A stretch of 64,000 bases of DNA from Octopus vulgaris (taxonomy: Eukaryota): NCBI GenBank assembly GCA_951406725.2, contig OX597816.1, positions 68,696,001-68,760,000 of the forward strand, in the 5' to 3' direction. The notes beneath the pieces were generated by a model. It saw only the letters and a program-made list of their open reading frames with translations, was not told where the DNA came from and made no database searches. Positions 38,571-52,175 of this stretch are shown here, in pieces; the first letter of the stretch is position 1, and every line of letters begins with the position of its first letter. The position numbers and the translations under genes were made by a program.

Positions 38571-39654
38571 AGGACCTCATGCATTTTTGATGCACACACA
38601 ACACACACAACACACATGCGTGTATATATAACCTCCTATGTGCATGCACGTACGATTATGCGTGCTTGTGTGAGTGAGTGTGTTGGTGTATACGCCTGCC
38701 GTTTACGATGAGCTTTTAGGAAATATTAGTATTACTATATACAAACACTTTCTCTAATCATATCTGTAAGCAAACCAATACTTAAAAAGATAAAGTTTTC
38801 CTTAGATACGTGCTGTTTGCATATGTTTTATTTAAAACAAGACTTTAACTTAACTCATACACGCAACGCAGACATGTGTACGTTTACACACACATACACA
38901 CACACAATCTTTTCACTTTGACTCACACACACGCGTGTCTACACTGTTTTATCCTCTTTTTTTTGTTGTACATCTACATGCGTATTATTAATCAATACTC
39001 TAAAAATAAAGATGCTTCAAATGTCGTTCGAGGTAAACAAAAAATATATAAATAAATTTCTAAATAAACAAATAAAAGAATGAATAAATAGAAAACGAAG
39101 AAGAAAAAAAAAACCGAGCCAATAAATGAAGGAACATTGATATTTTAAATCAATGCAAATCTTTTATGGAAGATCAAGCAAAAAGCTGACAGAATATGTG
39201 GAGCGTAGTGCATATGTGCAGATAGTTTAATGTGGTAGAGTGCGGAGTTGAGGAGATATTTAAAATATAAACCAGGTGGAGTGCTGCATGTGTTAGGAGA
39301 GGGAAGGTTTATATATTTTCAATGAAAGCCACTGTAGAATATGTTTGTAGTAGTGCAAGTAAACGCAAACAAAATCCTACTAAAATTCAGTTTTATGTTT
39401 TAAAAATGTCACCAAACTTAATAAAGATGTTAGCTTATATAACGAACAAAGAGTAGTGATTTAGTATAAAAAACTTTCATTTAGTTGACGTATCATAAAA
39501 TCTTTAGACGTAAACATATAATAAACTGGTTGATAAAATATACACACATGGGCAAAGGGAAATGTGTCAAATGAGTTTTTTACGCGTATCTTGTTATACA
39601 CACACACATATATGACAATTGAAAGACGGAAGATGGAATATATATATAATTAAT

Positions 39655-40094
<440 letters not shown>

Positions 40095-40196
40095 AAACAT
40101 ATAAGTGCTTCTTCCTTAGATTTCTTTTGCTTTACCGTAACATTTCGAAAAAGGTATCAGATATTACACAAAGAAATATTAAAAGTTTCCCATTCT

Positions 40197-40406
40197 AAGG
40201 CGACGAGCTGGCAGAATCGTTATCACTACGGGCAAAATGCTTAGCGGCATTCCTTCCCTCTTCACGTTCTCAATTCAAATTCCCCCTTGGTCGATTTTGC
40301 CTTTCATATTTTCGGGACGATAAAATAAGTACCAGTTGAGTAATGGGGTCGATGCAGTCGACTTACCATTTCTGTGAAATTGCTGGCCCTGAGTAAACAT
40401 TTGAAA
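40197..40406 (+). mobile_element. Meta-domain SINE
   Basis: aaggcgacgagctggcagaatcgtta...gcctttcat...aaataagtaccagttgag. Confidence 0.75.
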
Positions 40407-41039
40407 TTACGACTTAATCTAGCTAGCGAAGTTACAATTTCGAACAATTGTTGGTTTAAACATAGAAGAAGACTTCACTTTAAAAGAAATCTAAAAATGC
40501 CACACATTTTAACAATCTAAGTACTTTCTAAAACGTTAAAACAGTATAGGAAAATTCATAAAACACGCTTACTAGAATGGACGTAAATGTTACGAACATT
40601 AAGAATGTTTAAAAGGATATTGCAGTGTATGGCGCAAATTATCCATTCCAGTTGTAACATTTCAACATGCCAAATTGACATATTTATATATTACTCTCTC
40701 ATTTGTTTGTTTGGAGTTTATTGTTCTCACCCGCCAGATGGTTCATTGCCAAGCATAGTGAAAAGAAAAGAAACTGTCCAATATTTACTACATGTTTTTG
40801 CCACAAGGCATGATTAGAATGATAGGCTCTGAAATCAAATCAAATCTCAAAATGATGTGCCTGCTAGCGGCTTTCTACAGTATTTCGACCAAGCGTCTTA
40901 CAGGTCCGCCAATCCAGTGTTGCCCACTGGTGATATATTTACCATCTCCGAAGTGATAAAAGGCAAAGTTGATTTTGGCAAAATTTAAACCGAGTACCAA
41001 TAAAACCACAACAAATACTGTAAGAAATTTTGTTCCACC

Positions 41040-41195
41040 GATCCTATAATAACGTTAACCTGAACTTTGGTTCAGTCTTCGCATTAGATAAATTTCTAGA
41101 GTTCTGAGTCATCTGTCGTGTTTGATGAGGCTAGAAATAACGTTTATATAGATTAGAAAGAGAAGCGTGCCTAAAACAGTCCCCTGGAGGACATA
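41040..41195 (-). mobile_element. CR1/Jockey-like RT fragment
   Basis: Minus translation VLQGTVLGTLLFLIYINV, matching the GVPQGxVLGPLLFLIYIND motif. Confidence 0.6.
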
Positions 41196-41333
41196 TTAAA
41201 AAGTACGTGTTTATGCATGTACGTTTCTGTAAGTACATATGTATATATACATACACACAAACACATACACATATTCACACACATATATTTATACATACCT
41301 CTCGATTAATCTAGCTATGTATGTATGTATGCA

Positions 41334-41375
<42 letters not shown>

Positions 41376-41387
41376 CATGTTTCTAAA

Positions 41388-41467
<80 letters not shown>

Positions 41468-41614
41468 CAGAGAGGGAGAGAGAAGGGGAGAGAAGGAGAG
41501 AGAGAGAAATAGATAGATGGATAGATAGATATGCTTCGGCCAGTGACTGGCTCAAGCTGTATCTGACTTAAAAGTAACAACTGACAGGCTTTGTTAAATC
41601 ATTTTTAAGTCAAA

Positions 41615-42425
41615 CACTTTATTGTGCCATGGCCCATTCATACAGGCAGTTGTTGTTGACTGAGATGTACCCAGGCATAGTCACCTTATGTGGTATCCTT
41701 TGAAGAAATTTGTCCAAGTATCGTTTAGAGGGGATGTGATCTGTTTCTTTTGTGATTTCTCCAGGTATCATTTGGAGGGGATTTGTTTTGAGATAATTTA
41801 AATAGAACAGGGCCTGTTGGCGAAACGAAACTATGTTGCAGTTAATATATGTGCTGTGGGCCTTAATTGTGCACGTCGAGTAGGTCATGGCTGAATGAGA
41901 TGAATTCTGAATCTGATATTAAGGTAGTTTGAGCTATGCTGGTGTTATGAATGATGTAGCATTTTCAGCGGCATTACTTTTCCTTGCGGCGGCTTTCACC
42001 CCGAGTAAGTTGAGTCAGCTCCGGCCAATGAGTTCACCCCGACTCTCATGACTGCTGATCGCATTAGACAGTCGGCCGCAGTTGAGGCTGCAATGCTTTC
42101 TCATCCACTTTTAACGTCATCAGTCCCAACAATGTCGCTTGCAAATTTGACAAACGCTCCACTGGAAAAGTTAGCGCGCGGCTATCCGCTGTATTCGTTA
42201 TTCCCTGTTAGGGTGTAGATTTCATTTTCGTAGTTTTAGTGGGAACATAAGTTCACTTGTAGTCCTCAGTTACGGCGGAGTTGGATAGAATAAGTTTCAA
42301 TGATATTAGACGATCCTAATCATCATGATCAGTCACGCCTTCTATTTTTCTAGTGTTTGCTGTTAGAGTGACGCAAATTCTCGTAATGTCATATTTGGTG
42401 TGAGGAGTCCACTAGGAGTGGCTGC
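41615..42425 (-). mobile_element. Decayed CR1/Jockey-group LINE 3' part
   Basis: KRYLDKFLQRIP...PGY...NN matches the FKxxLDKFLxxIPD.P..PGY C-terminal motif. Confidence 0.55.
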
Positions 42426-42749
42426 TACACACAACACGTACGTAACACACGAATTCTCATGCACAAATACATAAACACACACACAAAATCACACACACAC
42501 ATATACACTCTCACGCGTCAGAATCACTCGCCCCTATTCACACATACACACTTACACACTCATACACACCATTCTCACATACACAAACGCATGCGCGCCT
42601 TCTTTTGTTGAGACACTTTTACGATCTCCCTTTCATTCAACCGCTTTTCTGTTATCTTACTTTCAATCTATTTTCCCCCAAATCATTCGCCATGCTGGAC
42701 CGCTGAACTCTACAAGATTTATTTTTATTCTCTCTATGAATATTTCCTC

Positions 42750-42885
42750 TTATTCCTTTCCGTTGAAGAGCGCAGGCTCGAAATATAAAGCACTTTTTCC
42801 TTTTTTCCGAGAGTCAAACTAATACACTTACTTTTTATTCACGCACCTGTCTTCGTCTTTTTTCTATAAATTTCAACTATATATA
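42750..42885 (+). mobile_element. PLE-derived short repeat with decayed HHR-like motif
   Basis: cttt-ccgttga-a-gagcgcaggctc-gaaa-tata-aag; caaactaatacac...cacctgtcttcgtc; (TA) end. Confidence 0.55.
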
Positions 42886-42962
42886 ACTGTGTGTGTTTGT
42901 GTTTGTGTATGTGTGTGTGTGTGTGTGTATGCGTGTGTGTGCGTATTTGTGTGTGCATGTGT

Positions 42963-43570
42963 ACACACCGTCTTTCAAATCATTAACGACATAACATTTG
43001 TTTATTTTCTTCAACAACTACTCGTTGGAATTCAACAAAGTTTCCACAGAATGATGGCAGCAGTTATAAACGCGTGTTGTGTAATAAACGTGAGGTTTTG
43101 CACAATTGTAAAGAAACCGCAGCCATTTGCCTGATTTCCATGAACTTTCAGCTTTCCAAATTATTAACGAGCGGTTTGATAATCGTGTAATTATGGGTCG
43201 TAAATGTGTCTTAACTGCTTCAGAGAAATCTGTTATTACTTCTGAACTTGCAAAAGGTAAATCAACATTAAAAATACCTAAAATAAATGTAAAATATCAC
43301 CAAAGTGTGAAAAAATTTTTACAGCTCCTCCGAAGATATGTAAGAGAGTCGACAAGGCTCAGTCGAAAGTTAGTTCTCAATGTTCACGGGTTTAGCGTGA
43401 AGCTGTAAAGAAGCCAGGTCTTACAATTGGAGAACTTTTCAAGCGCATTGGCGAAACAAATGTATCCAGAACTACCTGATATCATCTTCTGAATAAAGGT
43501 TAGTAAACCAGTTACGTCAGTTAAAAGACATACTTTAAACAAAATACACTTACAAAATTGTCAAAAGTAT
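42963..43570 (+). mobile_element. Tc1-like transposon 5' fragment (HTH region)
   Basis: ATG at 43193: MGRKCVLTASEKSVITSELAKGKSTLKI...HQSVKKF, then frameshifted VKKPGLTIGELF...VSRTT. Confidence 0.7.
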
Positions 43571-43579
43571 GTTGTTTTT

Positions 43580-43945
43580 TCCTTTGATGGCGCATGTAGT
43601 ATGACCGGAAACATTTCAGGCATACAAAAGAGGTTAAAATACATGTTTCCTGTTACATATTTTGTACATTGTGGAAACCACTCTCTGGACCTTGTCCTCG
43701 AAGAAGTTGGATCTATGATTGCCATGATCACTGACGCATTGATCTTTGTTCATCAAATCAGCATTTTCCCGAAAGCGCTATGGACCAGTCTTTCTAATGA
43801 AAAGGTCATCATATTTGCGAGCCTGTGTCCGTTGCACCAAGCGAGAGAATGCTCAGCAAACCTGGGTGTTTGAAGACCTGCCTCCGTACCACAATGATGC
43901 TACATCGTCTGACACACTTTGCCGTAATGCATGTACATAAAAACT
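43580..43945 (+). mobile_element. hAT (Tip100-like) transposase remnants
   Basis: FDGACSMTGNISGIQKRL...YFVHCGNHSLDLVL (DGA and CxxH motifs) and LKTCLRTTM..RL...A.MHVH (hAT dimerisation motif). Confidence 0.8.
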
Positions 43946-44212
43946 TGTGCAATGAAAGCACTTTGGAACGTATGAGGACAATTACATCATCGAGGACAAT
44001 TATCCCCACAAGACAAATTCTCCCCAACAACTATCCCCTGGTACAATTACTCCTCCTGGTTAATTACCCCTTCACCAATATTGGCCATTGTCCATAGGGG
44101 TAAATGTCCTAGACTTCTTTGGACATCCTGTTGGAAAACTTCATCGCCAAAACGAGCGAGTATAGAAAAATATCTGGAATGATTTGAAGCATTACTTTTC
44201 CATGTATAATAC

Positions 44213-44596
44213 GCTTTTACTCTTTTACTAGTTTCAGTCATTTGACTGCAGCCATGCTAGAGCACCACATGTAGTCGAGCAAATCGACCCCACTTATTCT
44301 ATCGGTCTCTTTTGCCGTAACGCTAAGTTACGGGGTGTAAACAGACGGTTGTTAAGCGATGTTGGGGGGACAAATACTGACACACACACACACACACACA
44401 CACACACCCATATACATATACATATATATATACGGTGGGCTTCTTTCAGTTTCCGTCTACCAAATCCTCTCATAAGGCTTTGGTCGGCACGAGGCTATAG
44501 TAGAAGACACTTGCCCAAGGTGCCACGCAGTGGGACTGAACACGGAACCATGTTGTTCGTAAGCAAGCTACTCACCACACAGCCACTCCTACGCCT
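44213..44596 (-). mobile_element. SINE family B
   Basis: Full-length homologue containing ggcaccttgggcaagtgtctt. Confidence 0.85.
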
Positions 44597-44839
44597 AATA
44601 AAAAATATTATCATACTTGTGTTGTTTTTTTTTTAATATCTAGACTGAAATAAGCGCTAGAATAAGAGCTAGTTCGATGCTGTCAACTTGTCCCACCAAC
44701 CATTCAATATTGATGATTATGGACTCAGCAACAGACCTGCATTCCGTTCAATGGGACTATGGTGATCTCGCACTCTGAAAATGAGGTAAACGATTTTGGG
44801 GCTCATGCGAAAAATAAAATACATTTAATTAACCAGTTT

Positions 44840-45350
44840 GTGTGTCCACTGCATCGTTTTGCTGGAGTTCAATTCTAGATACTTCAGCAACCTAGAATCG
44901 TCTTTGGTCCCTGCACTTTGTTATGTGCAGAAAAACCACGGTCTTCAGATAGCTACATCTAGCTTTTGCTGTAGCCTTCCAAGATTTTCCTTTTCCTATT
45001 TTCACCGTCGTTTATCTGTGCCCAACAGAACATCTTTGTTATAACGGGATACATAGTACTAGGAAAGTCTTTCTTTCAATATAACAAAGGGTGTCTGTTG
45101 TCTTCCGGCATACTTAATACTTGTTGCTTGACAAACCAGTTTTTCCTGTTTTTGTGTATGACAGAGCTAATAGCCTTCACTTGATTATGCTTTCTGTTCC
45201 ATTTGTAATTGTCATCTGTTCATAACTATAGAAAAATATGACAACCATCAAAAGCTTGTACTGCTTGAGATCCGTAGGCAAAATTATATAACTACTCTTC
45301 CATATACCATAATTTTCCTCATAGTAGATGAGGCCAAACTAAATCAGAAA
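44840..45350 (-). mobile_element. Very old RTE LINE 3' fragment
   Basis: Frameshifted remnants of the typical RTE C-terminal motif order (L..IWKS...YKL...Y..E..T...). Confidence 0.4.
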
Positions 45351-45523
45351 TTACTTGTAGTGAACGAAATTACGACTGATCAAACAATGGCATCGAATAA
45401 ACTAGAGAATAAAACAGAGGAAGAGAATCTGAATATGATGGAATTAGTGAACATTACATCCGAAACGGATGTAATGTTTTTCTTTCTTTTTTTTTAATAT
45501 CTACTTGTACCACTTTAGAAATA

Positions 45524-45819
45524 GTGGAGGCACATGGCCTAGTGGTTAGAGCAGCGAACTCATGGTCGAGGGATCGCGGGTTCGAATCTCAGACCGGGCG
45601 ATGTGTTTGTGTGTGTTTATGAGCGAAACACCTAAGCTCCATGCGGCTCCGGCAGAAGGTAATGGCGAACTTCTGCTGACTCTTTCACCACAACTTTCTC
45701 TCACTCTTTCCTCTTGCAGCTCACCAGCGTCCCGTCCAGGTGGGGAACCTATACGCCAAGGAAACCGGGAAACCGGTCCTATGAGCGAAGCGTGGCTCGA
45801 GAAGGAACATACAACAACG
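45524..45819 (+). mobile_element. SINE family C-like head with V-domain-like tail (type 2)
   Basis: A/B boxes; gcgtcccgtccagg...gaaaccggg; TSD TTTAGAAATA. Confidence 0.8.
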
Positions 45820-46212
45820 TTTTAGAAATACTTTCCAACACCTAGTTCAAGGTGTTCTTTTAAGCAATAACTATTACTAGACGGTTGTCTGCTGCTACCA
45901 CTTCTACCGCCGCCGCTGTTGATAATAATGGGTTAAATAAAATGAAGTGGATGTCCTGTAAGAGATGTTTAAGATATGGGGTTTCTGTTAGGAGCCATCT
46001 TTCAATAGACATTTATTTCACTGATTTTTGTTTTCCTTTCGGAATGTCAGAACTCATCTTATCTCGTGGTACGAGAACTTATTTGATAAAATATAGTATT
46101 TTTAGATGATTATATTTAAAGCACTTCGTAGAAGACTTCAACAAATGAGGAGTGAGATAGTGAAAGACAGATCAGAACAGGACAGATGGAAGAAGAAAAG
46201 AGGGGAGGAGGA

Positions 46213-46246
<34 letters not shown>

Positions 46247-47209
46247 AGAGAGAGGTAGAAGAAGTGAGTGGCGTGCGAGAAGGCGGATAACAATATTTAT
46301 ATGTGCATGTGTCTGCTGTGTTTATGTGAGTTGTGTGCCTGTATATGTATTGATGTGTATATGTTTTACATGTGAACTTGTGAGAAGATGCACGTGTATT
46401 TCGGAGCTGAAATCGCGTATATATTTACCGTTCTATTGTTGAATTGTGCAGGAGTTCGTATGAGTGTTTCTGCTTGTGCGAGCATATATATCTGCATTTT
46501 GTGTCTGTATGTGTATAAATGTAAATATATAGTAAATATATATGTTCCGTGTGAACCGCACATTGAACAGTGTTTTGGTGCGAGACTACGTTTATTATGT
46601 CTCTTTGTATGGTGTTTTGCTACGTGTAAATATGTTTGTGTGAGGAATTTGCATCTGTGCTGTCCCATGTAATGCCAGAGGAAACGAAATGAAGAAACTA
46701 TGGATCAACTATGGTGAACAAAAATGGAATAGAGGATCAATAGAATTGAACAAACAAGTCAATTATTCTTGGTTGCGAATAAACAGTTGGGTGAGTGAAT
46801 GGGTCAAAACACAATAGATTATAGGTCAACAATAAGAATAAATAATGGAATACAAATGGAATAAAAGTAACGATAAAATTTAGTTCGATAGGTGATCAAT
46901 AAGTATGAACTAAAATCCCAATGCAGAAACGATAGAAATAATAAAAGATGAAAAAAAAATATTGATTTTGAAAAGTGGCACAAAATGATGAAGTACGGAA
47001 CAGGAGATTATATCTGTTCTATTTCTTGCATGGGAAGATGAGATATAAAGTTGACTTGGCCTGGAATTGAACTCGGAAGAAAAAAGGAATATGACAAGAG
47101 TCATAAGAATAGAATGAGATTTTATATGGATATTGTGATTCACCACCCAAAAAGAATACTCGCAACCACGCGCGCGCGCGCGCACACACACACACACATA
47201 TGTATATAT

Positions 47210-47621
47210 TCTTTTATTCTTTTACTTGTTTCAGTCATGTGTCTGTGGTGATGACGGAGCACAACCATTTTAGTCGAAGAAATTGACGCCCAAAACTTAT
47301 TCTTTGTAAGCCTGGTACTTATTCTATCGAGTCTTTTGCCGAACAGCCAGGTTAAGAGTAAATAAACACACCAGCAACAGATGTTAAGCGATGGTGGGGG
47401 GCCAAATATAGACACAAAAACGCGAAACAGGTACACACATACACACTCACACATATATATACAAGGGGCTTTTCTTTAGTTTCCGTCTACCAAATCCACT
47501 CACGAGACTTTGGTCGGCCCGAGGCTACTGTAGAAGATAGTTGTTCAAAGTAACATGCAGTGTGTCTGCACCATGGGAAAACTGGGAAGGAAGCTTCTTA
47601 CCATACAGGCACGCTTGCACC
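47210..47621 (-). mobile_element. SINE family B (diverged)
   Basis: tttacttgtttcagtcat...gtttccgtctaccaaatccactcac. Confidence 0.7.
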
Positions 47622-47724
47622 TATACATACATACATACATACATACATACATACATACATACATACATACATACATACATACATACACACATACATACAT
47701 GCATACATATATACATACATACAT

Positions 47725-48035
47725 TATTATGGCTGCCCCCTCGTTATCGAGTATGGCCATTGTACGAAGCTTAACTGTTACTGGTGCTGTGATCGAATGT
47801 GACTTTTTAGCCCAGCCAAAGATCTACAATGTCTTGTACAGAATTGGCAACTAAAACATTTACCGGTAATAACTGGCTGTAGTTGTAACTGGGCTTCATG
47901 TACCTTTGCATGTCGTTTAAGTCCTCCTGCCGAATTACACTGTCTTCCACATGCCTGATAAATATAATTAGTATGGTGTGTAACACCACCACCAGTGGCC
48001 AGGTTGTCACTCATCTGTCTCGCCTTATGACTACG
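47725..48035 (-). mobile_element. RTE (BovB-like) LINE 3' end with C2H2-like fingers
   Basis: CGRQCNSAGGLKRHAKVH...FSCQFCTRHCRSLAGLKSHIRSQHQ* is the typical RTE C-terminus; (TATG)n on both sides. Confidence 0.8.
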
Positions 48036-48077
48036 AAGACATGCATACATACATACATACATACATACATACATACA

Positions 48078-48132
<55 letters not shown>

Positions 48133-48462
48133 TTATTAAATGCACAACCGAAAGACCTACCATTAGTTTCATGTCATGCTATTATGTTATTTGACGAGGC
48201 ATATTTATAGAATATGCCATATATCTTAAGACAATCTTTCAGGCTCTGCTTATACGTTATATATAATTCTTCGAAACAAAGACACTGCTCAATGAGAAAA
48301 AAAACGTGGAAAAAAACGTGAAGAGGGTTGCTACACAAAATGGAACAATAAAAATGAATCGAAACAGCTATGTATATATATATGTATGTATGTTTCTCTA
48401 TGTATAAAAATATCTATATGGAATGGAGTAGATGGAGCTAGGACACACACGAAAACGAAAAG

Positions 48463-48507
48463 TGTCGCTGAAGAGGTCGCAGATGTGTGACGAAAGATTT
48501 CCGGACA
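48463..48507 (+). ncRNA. Minimal hammerhead ribozyme motif in a PLE-like remnant
   Basis: tgtcg-CTGAAGA-g-gtcgca gatg tgtgac-GAAA-gat TTC-cggaca; the element ends in (TA)n at 48605. Confidence 0.55.
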
Positions 48508-48604
48508 ATGAACATGAGTTAAACTAAAAGATTAAGCGAGTGAAGAACAAATATATAGTGCTTCTGATAATTTGGCAAAAAAAGTGACCATCCTTTTATA
48601 CAAC

Positions 48605-48668
<64 letters not shown>

Positions 48669-49043
48669 ATATGCCTTATATGGAGTGAGAGAGAAAGAGG
48701 GAGAGAAAGTGAGTACAGATAAAATTGCGTCTAATCACGTAATATAATAGGTATGTACAAACAGTGCTCAGGTGTGTTTACCATTAATACTCTGACTTGA
48801 ACTGCGACTAAATATATATATTTATATATTTATATATATATGTCCGGTAAATAAGGTTGTGGTTGTTTCGCATCTTCTCCCCTCATCCAGCATCCCTAAT
48901 ACAATATAATGATTAGGGAAATGGCTACAACAGGGCCAACGTTTAATCTGTAAAAAACGCAATACGACACATCTGCAAGGCAATTAGTCGGCAATTAGTA
49001 GAAATTTACAAGACTTTAAAGTGACCGAAGATTTTGCACAGTA

Positions 49044-49140
<97 letters not shown>

Positions 49141-49624
49141 CGAGAAGTATAAATGATTAAAAATCCCGGCAGATATCTATAAAGCACTCACTGTTAAATG
49201 AGTTTGGTTAAATTTATCCAAGAATCAGATGCCATTCAGTACAAGTAGAATAAACATCCAAAGTAATTCCTAATGCATGATAAGTAAAACCAAAATCATG
49301 TATATTTAGAAGTATTTCAAGAAACTCAGAGCATAAGTAAAAAACAAACAAACTAAGAATGGGGAAAATTACATCTTTAATTGATGATTGCACCATACGA
49401 TATGGACGATCGTTTCTGCAATATGAACGCATTTAGATACAGAAAATATCAGTCAAAATATTTAATATATCCGAAAATATATGTTAGCATAACGTCATGT
49501 ATGTAAGTATGTATGTATGTATGTATGTATGTATGTATGTATGTATGTATGTATGTATGTATGTATGTATGTATGTATGTATGTATGCATGCATCTATGT
49601 ATGTAAGTATGTATATTATGTCAG

Positions 49625-50150
49625 GTCACTTTGAAGCGCTACTGATAACCCAGTACAACCTGTCGGGTCGTCGGCGACCAAACTCGAAACTCCACCAAGC
49701 TTGCTTGGTGAGGATTGTGTTTATTGGACACCCTGCGGGATGAAAAACAAAACCTGTCAAAGGGCGGAGGAACTCTTGCGAGTCAACGGCCATCCAATAA
49801 ATGACTTGAGGTTGTGTCATGCGCGGGTACATAGAAATAATCGAACTGAATACCCAGATCGCGCGGTGAAACCATTGATAGTGAAGGACTCCTAGCCTTT
49901 CTTAGGGCATCCTTCTAGGAGAAGGTAAGTCAGGTAACTGGGATAACTCCGACATAAAACCTGCGGCTCAGTGGTTACTGATAGTGTTGACTTGTTCTTC
50001 TTTTCGGATTATGGTTGCTGTTGCTTAGTGAGTGGGATTAACTCAGTGCACAGCCTTTCCTCACTTAAAAAAAACTCTTCTTGTACAGGCAATGCACGAT
50101 AACAACATTGATTAAGCTTCCTGCAATTGCCATACTCGATAACAGCCACC
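49625..50150 (+). mobile_element. Internally deleted RTE (5' UTR fused to 3' end)
   Basis: gggcatccttctaggagaagg and gtgcacagcctttc resemble BovB-type 5' UTRs; 50091-50150 matches the RTE 3' end; (TATG)n on both flanks. Confidence 0.55.
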
Positions 50151-50299
50151 ATGTATGTATGTATGTATGAATGTATGTATGTATGTATGTATGTATGTAT
50201 GTATGTATGTATGTATGTATGTGTGTTTGTATTTTCAATTTTTTAATTATTATAAATCTTCCACTGAAGTTGGAGCCGGTGTCCAACAAAAATACAACG

Positions 50300-51560
50300 C
50301 TCCACCATTGGGGTGTAGTTAATACAGACAAATTCACATTTGGAACTTTAGAAAAGTCTTGCATATTTTCACTGTTCCATTCACAGACTGCTCTTGTAAT
50401 ATACGAATTAGCCGGTCGATTTCTCTTTCTGAAAATCTCAGTTAATCCAGATTCTCCTTTAAGCATTTACTAACAAAACCTAGTGCTCCAATTAATATTT
50501 GTATGAATACGAATTCATAGTCTGGATATAGAAGCTGTAGTTTTCAAAGCAGTTGTCCATGGTTATCCTCTTTTTCTTTGCTTTTCAAAGAGATATTCAT
50601 ATCTGCGGAGCAGCCGACCTCTATGATGGTACATACCTTTGCCCCTCTGTCCCAAACAACAATATCCGGTCTGTTATGTTTACCTTTGACAGACGTTTGC
50701 ATGGGAATATTCCACCAGTTATTCTTGAGTTGGTGTTTATGAATGTATTCCATAACAGAGGGATTTTCTATGTTTATTTCAGGACAGTCTTTTCAGGGGA
50801 TGGCATTGTAAATTGTTTTAGCAACAACATAGTTTCTGTGGAAGTTCCCAGTTGTCAGGATTTTGCAGGTTTTGATATCTATGGAGTGGATTTCCTCTAC
50901 AGACTCAACCAAGCATCCCAAATGTTGGAATCAACACTGGCACTCCTCTTTTTTGTAAGAGGAGTGTTTTATTGTAAAAGTTGTGTTCCTACTGTCATAT
51001 TTTCCTAAGCCTTGTGTAATATTCTTGGGTCATTCTGACTTTGTTCACAGTGCCTTCATATGATACATTTTCGTCTATACGTAGATAATTGTAACATTCT
51101 TTGTGTGGAATGGGGGAGATAGAAAGACTGTTGATGCGCAGTTTTGGGGCTTGGGTGACTGATATTCTCGTTCTACAACCAGATATGAACATTTCTTTTG
51201 GCCAAATTCCATGCCTATATCAGCTGAAAATGTTATTAATTCCAAGTTGTCTTTTTGACATTGTTAACACTTTTAACATAACTCTTCAGGTCGTCTATAA
51301 AGAAATTATGAGTTACATTGATATTGCTAATAGCTGAAGATCCTAGCATGTAACAATTTGTTTTCTGCAGTAGGAACGATAATGCCTTCAATGCCAAAAG
51401 GAAAAGAAGCACAGAAAGAGTATCTCCCTGGAATATTCCCTTTGAAATGCCTATACTACCAGAAGCAATTATTCTGGTCTCAGTTGTACTGGTAAGAATC
51501 GCTGTCCATGTCTTTGTGTGTCTCTCTATAGCAGCAATTATGTATGCGCTTAGGTATGGA
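50300..51560 (-). mobile_element. Decayed R4/Dong-clade LINE (RT plus RLE endonuclease)
   Basis: KGIFQGDTLSVLLF, HNFFIDDLK, EYYTRLRKI, HNRPDIVVWD...IIEV.C..D.N...K..EK. Confidence 0.85.
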
Positions 51561-51563
51561 TGG

Positions 51564-51594
<31 letters not shown>

Positions 51595-51625
51595 TGTATG
51601 TATGTATGTATGTATGTATGTATAT

Positions 51626-51856
51626 ATTTCTTTACTACCCACAAGGGACTAAACACAGAGGGGACAAACAAGGACAGACAAACGGATTAAGTCGATTACA
51701 TCGACCCCAGTGTGTAACTGGTACTTAATTTATCGACCCCGAAAGGAAGGAAGGCAAAGTCGACCTTGGCGGAATTTGAACTCAGAACGTAACGACAGAT
51801 GAAATACGGTTACGCATTTCGCCCGGCGTGCTAACGTTTCTGCCAGCTCGCCGCCT
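51626..51856 (-). mobile_element. Meta-domain SINE, full length, within (TATG)n
   Basis: Near-consensus copy from head ggcggcgagctggcag to tail gtgggtagtaaagaaata. Confidence 0.9.
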
Positions 51857-52039
51857 TATTGTATGTATGTATGTATGTATGTATGTATGTATGTATGTAT
51901 GTATGTATGTATGTATGTATGTATGCATGCATGCATGTCTGTCTGTATGTATGTATTTATGTATGTGTATGTGCGCGTGCGTGCGCGTGCGAGTGTGTGT
52001 GTGTGAGTGTGTAAAATTGCTACTCCTAATCTCATAGTT

Positions 52040-52175
52040 AGCGGAGGCACTTGGCCTAGTGGTTAGAACAGCGGACTCGCGGTCGAGGGATCGGGGGTTC
52101 GAATCTCAGACCGGGTGATGTGTGTGTTTATGAGCAAAACACCTAAGCTACATGCAGCTCCGGCATAAGGTAATG
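52040..52175 (+). mobile_element. SINE C-like head (3'-truncated)
   Basis: Inverted duplicate of 53047-53209, including the flank. Confidence 0.8.

Noticed and set aside
47778-48074. Member of the cephalopod C2H2 zinc-finger gene expansion
   Set aside because: No TGEKP linkers; the motif and 3' end match an RTE LINE C-terminus, and the 3' end recurs elsewhere in the window.
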